DNA of 35,267 bases from NCBI RefSeq assembly GCF_001194135.2, contig NC_068982.1, forward strand, positions 179,557,875 to 179,593,141, given 5' to 3'. Origin of the DNA: Octopus bimaculoides (lineage: Eukaryota). The notes under the pieces are model-generated. The model was not told the DNA's origin, searched no databases, and was given only the letters and a program-made list of their open reading frames with translations. The position numbers and the translations under genes were made by a program. This document shows, one piece after another, positions 24,153-34,015 of this stretch. Position 1 is the stretch's first letter; each line of letters begins with the position of its first letter.

Positions 24153-24603
24153 GCAAGTTTGACCGGGTAGTATATATATATAACGCTAGCAAGTTTGAGC
24201 GGGTAGTATATATAACGCTAGCAAGTTTGACCGGGTAGTATATATAACGCTAGCAAGTTTGAGCGGGTAGTATATATAACGCTAGCAAGTTTGACCGGGT
24301 AGTATATATAACGCTAGCAAGTTTGAGCGGGTAGTATATATAACGCTAGCAAGTTTGACCGGGTAGTATATATAACGCTAGCAAGTTTGAGCGGGTAGTA
24401 TATATAACGCTAGCAAGTTTGACCGGGTAGTATATATAACGCTAGCAAGTTTGAGCGGGTAGTATATATAACGCTAGCAAGTTTGACCGGGTAGCATATA
24501 TAACGCTAGCAAGTTTGGCCGGGTAGTATATATAACGCTAGAAAGTTTGAGCGGGTAGTATATATAACGCTAGCAAGTTTGAGCGGGTAGTATATATAAC
24601 GCT
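24153..24603 (+). repeat. 32-bp minisatellite, 14 units, with alternating C/G variants
   Basis: Unit gcaagtttga(c/g)cgggtagtatatataacgcta. Unit starts are at 24153, 24189, 24221, 24253 and so on to 24573. Confidence 0.97.
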
Positions 24604-24744
24604 TTCACTAATTGTTTTTAGGTGTCTGCGAAGTCACGAGCAGAAATGAACGTCTTCTTGTCTCTGTCACTTTGATTCAACGGAACAAAGAGGATGTGAC
24701 AACTGGCAAAAGAAAGGCCTACACCAGCACTTAGCTTGTGAACA

Positions 24745-24865
24745 TCTTCAGCGAAGTTGACTGGATTAAAGCGGAAGTGCCATAGTTAAGGACGAACACG
24801 ATACATCGCCCAGTCCGGAACACGAACCCATGACCTTATTGTGAGACTAAGCATTTCATATAAAC
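24745..24865 (-). mobile_element. Degenerate tRNA-derived SINE head (V-SINE-like)
   Basis: The reverse complement resembles the head and core of the 27535-27843 element. Confidence 0.4.
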
Positions 24866-25141
24866 ACGCCTGAGCCTTTACAAAGAAATTGTGGTCATAC
24901 TGTAACTTGTGCGACAAAGTCAATACGCTGCACAATTCAATACCATTTCCTGCTTTTGGGGTGCTTTAAGAGAGTAGATTAGAATTTACATGTTGGTCGA
25001 GTATGCTTTCCTTTCTTCCTCCCATTAATCCCGAAGACTCCGTAAAATGTCATAACTACAATCTTTTCGTCATTGACTAAGCAATGAAAAAAAAATATAA
25101 ACCTTTAATAAGCGCAAGGCCCGAAATTCGGTGAACGAGTC

Positions 25142-25310
25142 CTGTCGATTACATCAACTCCAGTACATAACTGGTTCTTATTTTATCGACCCCGAAAGGA
25201 CGAAAGGCAAAGTCGACCTCGGTAGAATGTGTACTCAGAACGTAAAGATAGCCGAAATACCGTTTAGCATTTTGTCCGGCGTGCTGACGCTTCTGCCGAT
25301 TGGCTGCCTT
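25142..25310 (-). mobile_element. tRNA-derived SINE with a Meta-like core
   Basis: Core cgaccccgaaaggacgaaaggcaaagtcgacctcgg, whose reverse complement resembles the MetaSINE domain, plus a tRNA-like head. Confidence 0.85.
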
Positions 25311-25904
25311 ACATGCCATAATTTAATAATAAATATAGTTTATCTTGCTATGAAAAAGCAATGCGCTCAGAATGATGAATAGAAAAAGAAACGAACTTTA
25401 GATTGTGACGATCAGACAAATTAATAATGTAAGAAAAAGTGGGTAAACTTCTGATCGTAACAACAAAGTGTTCAAACAGGGAAGTAAATGTTTATGTCCA
25501 GTCTCAATGGTTTCAAGGTAGGTGGTGAACGGTCCGACTCGTATGCAGCTCCGTCTCTCGTTCTGGTTCTATTCATGCCAAGCTCCCGCTGTCTTCTCCA
25601 CTCCCCTTTTTAACAGGAAGTACGAGATTACCTGCCTTGCTCGTTAACAGGAAGTGAACGAGGTTACCTGTCTCGTACTATGCTAACTTCCTGTATATAT
25701 ATTTGGTTATCTATACCAACGTTATTTCATTTCTGCCAAACGGTCGTTGACAAACGTTTATCTCGCCACCTTCGGAAAATATAGGGTAAGTTCTCACCCT
25801 TCATTATATTATAGGTATACGTAACAAGATTTTCAAGTAAAACCCTAGAATTTGAGGAAGCTCATGATGCTCTAAAGGAAACTAGAGATGGTAAATGATA
25901 ATGA

Positions 25905-26112
25905 TTTCAAATTTTGGCACAAAAACAGCAAGTTCAGGGGAGGGTGTAGGTTGATTATATCAATTCCAGTATTCAACTGATATACTTATTTTATCGACCT
26001 CGAAAGGATGGAAGGCAAAGTCAACCTCGGTGGAATTTGATCTTAGAACACAAAGACAGGCGGAATGCAGCTAAGCGTTCAGACCGGCGTGCTAACGATT
26101 CTGCCAGATCGC
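25905..26112 (-). mobile_element. tRNA-derived SINE with a Meta-like core
   Basis: Same core and head as the 25142 copy, with a distinct 3' tail. Confidence 0.85.
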
Positions 26113-26124
26113 CAATAATAATTA

Positions 26125-26322
26125 TTTCTACTCTAGACACAAGGCCTTGAAAATTTTGGGGGAAGAGGGCTAGTCGATTATATCGACCCCAGTACGTAAC
26201 TGGTTCTTATTTCAAAGACTCCGAAAGGATGAAAGGCAAAGTCGACCTCGGTGGAATTTGAACTCAGAACGTAGCGGCTGACGAAATACCTCTAAGCATT
26301 TCGCCCGGCGTGCTAACGATTC
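26125..26322 (-). mobile_element. tRNA-derived SINE with a Meta-like core
   Basis: Same core. The extreme 5' end of the head is clipped by the adjacent copy. Confidence 0.85.
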
Positions 26323-26555
26323 TTATTTCTTTATTGCCCACAAGGGACTAAACGTAGAGGGGACAAACAAGGACAGACAAAGGGATTAGGTCGATTACAT
26401 CGACCTCAGTGCGTAACTGGTACTTAATTTATCGACCCCGAAAGGATGAAATGCAAAGTCGACCTCGGCGGAATTTGAACTTAGAATGTAGCGGCAGACG
26501 AAATACCTCTAAGCATTTCGCCCGGCGTGCTAATGATTCTGCCAAGTCGCCGTCT
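26323..26555 (-). mobile_element. tRNA-derived SINE with a Meta-like core
   Basis: Same core and a full head, with a third tail type (cccacaaggg...ggacagacaaagggattag). Confidence 0.85.
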
Positions 26556-27144
26556 TCATGCTCACCAATAATAATAATAGAAAGAGTTTAACGAATTTAT
26601 TTCTCCTGAACCACCACTTACCATTTCTCTCTCCCTCTCTTTCCCTCCCGCTCTTTCCCTCCCTCTCTTTCTCTCCCTCCTTTCCCTACCCCTCACTGCG
26701 ATCTTTGCTCATCCCCTCTTCCTCCTCTTTTTCTTCTTCACAAGCTAATTTCACAATTTGTCTTTCTTAGATTGATTGTCGACAAACAATAATTTCTGAT
26801 GCGATCGAAATTTGTTGTTTACACTTATTCAGCACGTACTACATTTGTGCGAGCTTACGCGCGTCCACACACACATTCACAAGCATGCACATAAACACAT
26901 ACACAAACACGCACACACACTCATACATACATGCACACATAGAAGCACTATACACAGAAACATACCTGCACACGAACACATGCAATCATACACACACACA
27001 CACACAGAGTACACTATACGTTACACCATGCACTTACACACATACCCTTCATACACACACATCGCACTAAGCTACATTTATCGATCTTCTATCAGTTTCG
27101 ATGAGGAGCACTCCATCAACTGCTTTATCTTTTCATTGAATTAG

Positions 27145-27422
27145 CGTGTAACTGACCGAGTATTCCTCAGACACATGTAACACTATCATAAGGTGGTAAG
27201 TTGATTCAGTGTGACACAGTCTGTGTGACAAGGTTGAATCTTTGAGTTATAAGTAAAGTCCATTCAGACAGGCTTCCACGCAGTTTCTGCATTCCCATTT
27301 CTCAAATGAGGCTTAGTTTAAGCGTAGGCTATAGTAAAAGACATTTGCGCCAGATGAGACACAGTGGAATCGAACCCAGGATCTCACGAGCGAGTAGTGA
27401 ACTTCTTAATCACTCGGCCATG
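27145..27422 (-). mobile_element. tRNA-derived SINE (different family)
   Basis: Minus-strand A box tggccgagtgatt and B box gggttcgattcc, followed by an aaatgtcttttactatagcc core. Confidence 0.75.
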
Positions 27423-27534
27423 ACCCCTTCACTATACAGTACGCTACATACACACTACAAATATATACTACATTATACTTCTCGTGTGTTTATTCACAAC
27501 TCTACGCACGTATACTACTTAAAGAGTACACTAC

Positions 27535-27843
27535 GCATGGTTCAGTGGTTAGAGCGTCGGGCTCACAATTATGAGGTAGTGAGTTCGGTTCCTGGACCGG
27601 ACTGTGTGTCGCTTTCTTGAGCAAGGCACTTTATTTTTCACGTTGTTCCAGTTCACTCACTTGTAGAAATGAGTTGCAGCGACACTGACGCCAAGTTGTA
27701 TCGGCCTTTGCTTTTCACTTGGATAACATCGGTGACATGAAGAAGAGAGACTTGTATGCATGGGTGATTGCTTGTCTTGCATAAACAACCTTGCCCGGAC
27801 TTGTGACTTGGAGGGTAACTTTCTTGGTGCAATCCCATGGTCA
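27535..27843 (+). mobile_element. tRNA-derived SINE with a V-domain-like core
   Basis: A box tggttcagtggttagagcg, B box gagttcggttcc, core cttgagcaaggcacttt...ccagttcactca. Confidence 0.8.
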
Positions 27844-27849
27844 ACACAC

Positions 27850-28125
27850 TACGAAATATGCAACACGTACGTCACTGCACTGCAAAATGCTACGCTACAT
27901 TCTACATAACCCAACACTACATTACACAGTAAACCACACGCTATGTTATACAACTACACACCACCTTCGTACTACATTCTACGCTACACATTTATTTACA
28001 CTCTGTCCAACGCATCACCACACAAGCACTAAACATACGCATGTACACACACGCGTACACGCACATACACATGCGCACTCACGTACACATACACATACGT
28101 ACGCACACGCACGTTCACACGGACG

Positions 28126-28161
<36 letters not shown>

Positions 28162-28470
28162 ATACACACATACACACTATGTTATATAGCACTACACAAC
28201 GCACAGATTATACTAAGCGTTACATATGTATACACACTGAGCACGAAGCTTCTCCACACACGCATTACACACACTCTACATTTACAATACCACATAAACA
28301 CACACATGCACACACACATACACACTTGCATGCAAACAAAAATCACACACAAATATGGAATCATCACACACAATCACACACAGACACATACACTCACAAT
28401 CACACACAAGCACATGCAATCATAATCACACACAGACTACAAACACAAATTTGCATACATTACATACTAT
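27850..28470 (+). repeat. Long degenerate (CA)-rich tract
   Basis: Seen directly in the sequence. Confidence 0.9.
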
Positions 28471-28940
28471 GACACTGCCAAATCTTATAGTTACCTGAAA
28501 ATATGATTCTGATACGACCACACACGCTCACTCACATGCATTCATGCTCACAGTGTGTGATTCGACAACTAGATTCCCAATATTCAAGTGATAAGGTTGG
28601 GTTAACAGGTACTAAACTATTTTATAGAAAACACAGAGCTTATCTCAATTAATTTTGTATCAATGCTGAATCTTTCTAGGCTGCCTTCCATTTCTTTCAA
28701 TCGGTATAATATGATTTATTTTTCTCTATACTTTGTGATAATTCCGTACATCACACCGTCTTTGGGAAGAAGAACCTCTAGCAACTGGAAAGACTCCAAA
28801 AATCCTACAATTTTTTTTTTACAACAGAAATAACTGATTTAATAGTGGTTGACTAGCGCAGAACACTGTAAATGTTAGAGTAGGAAATATATAGAATGAC
28901 ACACACACACACTATATATAGAGAGAGAGAGCGAGAGAGA

Positions 28941-29675
28941 GAGGTTGGACAAAATAATGGAAACACCTTAAAATTTCAAACAAATTTATTTTAATATGGG
29001 GTAGGACCGCCTGTGGCAGTAATTACAGCTTGAATTCTACGCGGTATGGACTCGTACAAAGTTTCAATTGTTTTCAAATGAATTTTTGTCCATTCTTCAG
29101 CTAAAACAGTCTCCAGTTCTTGTAGTAATAATGGTGGATGATATTGACTCGTTTCTTGTTTTTCTGAAATGCACCATAAATGTTCAATAATATTGAGATC
29201 TGGGGACTGTTGTGGCCAGATAAGATGTTCAACCTCCCTAGAATGTTCCTCGTGCCATTCAGTAACAACTGAAAGATTGAGTTTCCCTCCGGAAACATTT
29301 TCGCAAACATAATAGGAAACCACTGGGTCCCCAGATCACCACAGATCCTCCTCCCTGTTTAACAGTTGGAAGAAGGCAGTGTGGGTCAAATGCTTCTTTT
29401 GGTTGTCTCCACACGTATACTCGGCTTGTGATTGGAAATAAGGTAAAGGATGACTCGTCCGAGAAAATAACATTCTTCCACTGCTCTAGGGATCAAATCT
29501 ATAGGTTTTTACTCCACGCTAAACGCTTTGCAACGTTTGTTTTTGAAAGTAGTGGTTTTCTGATTGCAGCCCTCCCGTGAAATCCGGCTTTGTTCGGTGA
29601 ACAGTTTTTGTGGAAACTGGGTTCTCGAAGTGGTCATTAAGCTCTGTAGTAATTTTGGGAGCTGTACTTCTGTGA
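28941..29675 (-). mobile_element. Tc1-family transposon, right ~735 bp, interrupted by the element at 29676
   Basis: TIR gaggttggacaaaataatggaaacacc and WPQQSPDLNIIEHLW. Upstream frames resemble HRSTAPKITTELNDH..NPVSTKTV and FSDESSFTLF..RVYVWR. It is near-identical to 16851-17324. Confidence 0.92.
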
Positions 29676-29795
29676 TCATCTTGTTTGTTGTTAACACCCT
29701 CCAGTCTTCATCAGGTGTCTTGAGGAAGTTTCGAACCCGGGTTCTCATTCCTAAGGTATTTTTCGATGTTATTGTTATTATTATTATTATTATTA

Positions 29796-29831
<36 letters not shown>

Positions 29832-29897
29832 TCACTGCCTGGACTCTAACTCGGAATCTTGGAGTTAGTAGCCCGCGCTCTTAACCACTACGCCATA
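29676..29897 (-). mobile_element. Short element: tRNA-like head, (AAT)n, unique body and a deleted hammerhead-like segment
   Basis: Minus strand reads tatggcgtagtggttaagagcgcgggc...gagttagagtcc, (aat)n, acatcgaaaaataccttagg..., cacCTGATGAagactggagggt|gttaacaacaaacaagatga. Confidence 0.75.
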
Positions 29898-29980
29898 TGA
29901 TGAAGGCTGGAGGGTATATCAGCCGAAACGTTGTGTTAACAACAAACAAGATGAGGACAAATATCTGTCAAATGTAAATA
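29898..29980 (+). ncRNA. Penelope-type minimal hammerhead ribozyme-like motif, 5'-truncated
   Basis: (a)UGAUGA-A, stem II ggctg/cagcc (29905-29909 / 29920-29924), GAAAC (29925-29929), near-palindromic gttgtgttaacaac, and GUC at 29967-29969. Core C3 and the 5' strand of stem I are missing. Confidence 0.5.
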
Positions 29981-30225
29981 AATACGAAAGTCCTTTAGTG
30001 TTCGTGTAATGTGCGTTGGCAGAATAAGTCCTCAGAAGAAAACTACTTTGTAGTATTTTGATTTTGTTCGTGCTAATAAAAATGTACCAGCCCAAGTACT
30101 GGGGTTGGTAAAATAATTTAAATTTCTTTAAGGCCAAGACCCAGCGTGGTTGAAACTAGGGAAAAGAAAAAAATGAAAATAATGAATGCCATCGAAAACG
30201 CAAAAATAAGATGATCTACCATTTA

Positions 30226-30600
30226 CGAGGGCATACCCAAAAGAAACTGGAATTTTACAATATTATTTTATTCACTTAGTCTTACATGTTTACACTTTTA
30301 TCGCTTTCAAAGTATTCTCCATCTGAAGCAATGCATCGGCCCGGACGCGTTTTCCACTGCTCAAAGCAGTCCTGGATTTCTTATGAAATGGTGTCTTATA
30401 ACGGCTCCGTTGATTTTGGGTTTTTTTCTTTTTTACCTCTTCCACATCTGCAAAACATTTTTCTTTGAGGACTTTTTTCATTCGTGTGAACAAAAAAAAA
30501 AAATCGCATGGAGAAAGACTGGATGAATAGGAAAGGTGTGTAAGCGAGGTGACGCCATTTTTGATCAAAAACTGTCTCACAAATTAGTTTGGAGTTTCAA
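30226..30600 (-). mobile_element. Mariner element right end with a transposase C-terminal remnant
   Basis: TA followed by cgagggcatacccaaaag. THLSYSSSLSPCDFFFLFTRMKKVLKEKCFADVEEVK matches HPPYSPDLAPCDFFLFP.MK..LKG..F. Confidence 0.88.
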
Positions 30601-30765
30601 ACTTGTGCTCCTTTTCGACGTTTAGTCAGAAAAGGAATGACTGGACCCAATAACCTTTTATTCTTTTCTCATTTTTCTTTCGAGTGGGGTAGAAGGGATG
30701 AAGTTATTCTCAAAATGGAGAATTATACCGAAAGTTTGAAAATGGGTGTATTCCACTAGAGATAC

Positions 30766-30824
30766 CTTAGGAGAAGTTGGTAGTGTTGAACCGAGCGACA
30801 GTTTAAGTCTACCGACAAAAGTAA
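30766..30824 (-). CDS. Weak exon candidate (TFVGRLKLSLGSTLPTSPK, or an alternative frame)
   Basis: Acceptor gctgttcgcag and donor AAG|gtatct. Two frames are open. Confidence 0.25.
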
Positions 30825-31129
30825 CTGCGAACAGCATGAACCGAAACAAATACCACAAAACATCTCATACAGGGTTTTAACAAACACATTAATCCACTTA
30901 CCAGGATTGGCACCTTAACCTATCAACGCCTAACGGCTGAATGATGATCCTGACCTCGATGGCATTTCAATTTAGTGGATTAAGTTATTTCTTATGTTAT
31001 TTTGCATTTTGCTTGAGCAATTACAATTCAGATACAACATTTATTACACCCAATTTTATCATAAGACCCCTGTTCAAGGGAGTTTTGAAATATCATGAGA
31101 TATCACCATATCAACACGAATATGTATCA

Positions 31130-31288
31130 CTTTGGGGAAAAAGCTAGCAACGTAGTCACCCGACCAGTTAAAAATGGCAGCCAACATTCTTTCACATTAC
31201 TGCCTATTACCTGAAAAGAAGAAAAACCACATCGGATCGTGTGATGTTTAATGCCATATGCATGTGAGACACATTGAATAAAACACTC
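31130..31288 (-). CDS. Putative exon (ECFIQCVSHAYGIKHHTIRCGFSSFQVIGSNVKECWLPFLTGRVTTLLAFSPK)
   Basis: Very strong acceptor tttgtttttgtctttcttttatgcag at 31289. The frame is open to a stop at 31127-31129, with an alternative donor CAG|gtaata at 31210. Confidence 0.4.
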
Positions 31289-31659
31289 CTGCATAAAAGA
31301 AAGACAAAAACAAAGCAATGCAATATTTTATCAGAGGTCGGCTTGATCAAAGCTGCCCTGAGGCTAAATAGTAACAACAGCAAGTAGAGAATAATTATTC
31401 TGAAGGAAATTTCCCAAACTAAATTTCTCTGTGTTAAATACTATCTGTTAATAATAGAGTTGTCCCAGCAATGATATTTGTCGAATTGTGTAAAGATATT
31501 AATATGAAAATAACAATAAGCTGGAGGGTTCATATCTTGTAAAACAGAGTTCATATATTTTTTGAATAAAAAGGGACGAGAATCAATCAATATTCGTATC
31601 AAAGTGTGAAACAACACTTAGCGGTAACTTGCAAAATATAAAGGTAATGCTTTCTTTTG

Positions 31660-31880
31660 AGTATTGAAGAGCAGCACGAGAAAAAGCAGCCAAATATCAC
31701 TGAAGTTATGCCCCAGTTTTTTTCATAAAAGGAAGATGCATTACATAAAGTGGTCGAAGTCTGGGGAAAAAATTGATTTGCCTTAACAAGAACGTCTTTG
31801 GCCATGCTCCTCCTCAATAGGGGCTGACTTAAGACTACATGGATCTCCTCGATCAGGACTGAGCTGGGGTTAAACAACCA
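31660..31880 (+). mobile_element. Degenerate SINE/LINE-type 3' tail
   Basis: gcagccaaat...ctcgatcaggactgagctggggttaaacaac. A similar short piece lies at ~31335-31385. Confidence 0.4.
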
Positions 31881-32394
31881 AGGTTGCTGGGAAGTTTAAT
31901 TCACAATTTAATTCTTATCTAAGGTGTGGCATAGTAAAGTTTACAGATATTCAGTTTCTAATTAAATAACGCTCATTATTGAAATAAGATACAAATTAGA
32001 AACTCTTATTTATTTAGACAAGATACTCCAAATTTGAAGTAAAATATCATGGAATTAAATTACAACCAGATCAAATAAATATCCAGTAAGAGGTCTTTAG
32101 AGATAGCATTATTTGTCTGTTTATCTCCTTTTAATTAAAGGTTATAGGTTAGGCAAGTACAAATTAACAAGACAAGATGAAAATCTTTTAAAACTTTATT
32201 TGAAAACAAAATAAAAAATATATATCATTACAGCTATACATATAACATACATAGAAACATAATTAACTTTATATATATGATTATATATTCGCATATGTGG
32301 CATTATATATATATACGTATTTATATGCGTAAATATATACATACATATGCATATACATATAGATAAATACATACATATATATGGTTAATAACAT

Positions 32395-32550
32395 TTTTTG
32401 TCCTGAACAAGCTCAATCGAAGAGGTGACTCTATGTTTGTATAGTTCAGAATGATGGCGGTTGAGTTTCTGTAAAGGTTTGATTGTTAGGAAATAAGTAT
32501 AAGAAAACGTCCAAGTAAACAGTTCTCTGTTATTGAGCTTGTTAGAATAA
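32395..32550. mobile_element. Small MITE-like element
   Basis: 12-bp perfect inverted repeat aacaagctcaat (32406-32417) / attgagcttgtt (32532-32543), with weaker pairing extending outward. Confidence 0.45.
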
Positions 32551-32679
32551 AGTATAAGATACAGTTAACTATAAAGACATGGGTATTTATGTGTGTGTAT
32601 TGTTTATGCAAGTATATGCATATATACATGTATGCATGCAATAAATACATATTATGTATGTATATATATATATATATAT

Positions 32680-32824
32680 ATATCAGTGTGAATGTGAGTT
32701 TTGGGGTAGGCCCATTGAGTTCGGGGCATTTTTTATTATCACAATAGGACTGTTAACTATAACAAAAACCAAAAATGTAATGTTGCTAAGACTTTATAGC
32801 GATCATGGACTTTTGAGCAACCCT
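32680..32824 (+). mobile_element. Possible Tc1-type right end
   Basis: Ends in gacttttgagcaaccc|ta, which resembles a Tc1 TIR plus TA. The preceding frame ..GRPIEF resembles a transposase C-terminus. Confidence 0.35.
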
Positions 32825-32826
32825 AT

Positions 32827-32861
<35 letters not shown>

Positions 32862-33979
32862 NNNNNNNNNNNNNNNNNNNNNNNNNNNNNNNNNNNNNNN
32901 NNNNNNNNNNNNNNNNNNNNNNNNNNNNNNNNNNNNNNNNNNNNNNNNNNNNNNNNNNNNNNNNNNNNNNNNNNNNNNNNNNNNNNNNNNNNNNNNNNNN
33001 NNNNNNNNNNNNNNNNNNNNNNNNNNNNNNNNNNNNNNNNNNNNNNNNNNNNNNNNNNNNNNNNNNNNNNNNNNNNNNNNNNNNNNNNNNNNNNNNNNNN
33101 NNNNNNNNNNNNNNNNNNNNNNNNNNNNNNNNNNNNNNNNNNNNNNNNNNNNNNNNNNNNNNNNNNNNNNNNNNNNNNNNNNNNNNNNNNNNNNNNNNNN
33201 NNNNNNNNNNNNNNNNNNNNNNNNNNNNNNNNNNNNNNNNNNNNNNNNNNNNNNNNNNNNNNNNNNNNNNNNNNNNNNNNNNNNNNNNNNNNNNNNNNNN
33301 NNNNNNNNNNNNNNNNNNNNNNNNNNNNNNNNNNNNNNNNNNNNNNNNNNNNNNNNNNNNNNNNNNNNNNNNNNNNNNNNNNNNNNNNNNNNNNNNNNNN
33401 NNNNNNNNNNNNNNNNNNNNNNNNNNNNNNNNNNNNNNNNNNNNNNNNNNNNNNNNNNNNNNNNNNNNNNNNNNNNNNNNNNNNNNNNNNNNNNNNNNNN
33501 NNNNNNNNNNNNNNNNNNNNNNNNNNNNNNNNNNNNNNNNNNNNNNNNNNNNNNNNNNNNNNNNNNNNNNNNNNNNNNNNNNNNNNNNNNNNNNNNNNNN
33601 NNNNNNNNNNNNNNNNNNNNNNNNNNNNNNNNNNNNNNNNNNNNNNNNNNNNNNNNNNNNNNNNNNNNNNNNNNNNNNNNNNNNNNNNNNNNNNNNNNNN
33701 NNNNNNNNNNNNNNNNNNNNNNNNNNNNNNNNNNNNNNNNNNNNNNNNNNNNNNNNNNNNNNNNNNNNNNNNNNNNNNNNNNNNNNNNNNNNNNNNNNNN
33801 NNNNNNNNNNNNNNNNNNNNNNNNNNNNNNNNNNNNNNNNNNNNTATATATAATATAATATAATATAATATAAATTAATAAATAATATTTATACATATAT
33901 AAACATATATAAACATATATAATGCATATGTCTATACATGTGCATGTGTCTTGTGTGCGTGTGTGTCTATGTGCGTGCT

Positions 33980-34015
<36 letters not shown>

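Larger units (their letters stand above)
717..33844. other. Twelve assembly gaps: 717-988, 2121-2238, 6144-7043, 7629-7638, 9432-9566, 12068-12090, 15239-15722, 17325-18209, 19036-19044, 20328-20572, 21577-21989, 32862-33844
   Basis: N runs, most flanked by (TA)n, (CT)n or homopolymers. Confidence 0.99.

Noticed and set aside
24153-24603. CRISPR-like array (32-bp repeat)
   Set aside because: Units are directly contiguous with no unique spacers, there are no cas genes, and the context is eukaryotic.
27360-29897. tRNA genes at A/B-box motifs (about 27360-27422, 27535-27600 and 29830-29897)
   Set aside because: No convincing acceptor stems, and each motif continues into a SINE body or tail. 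These are SINE heads.
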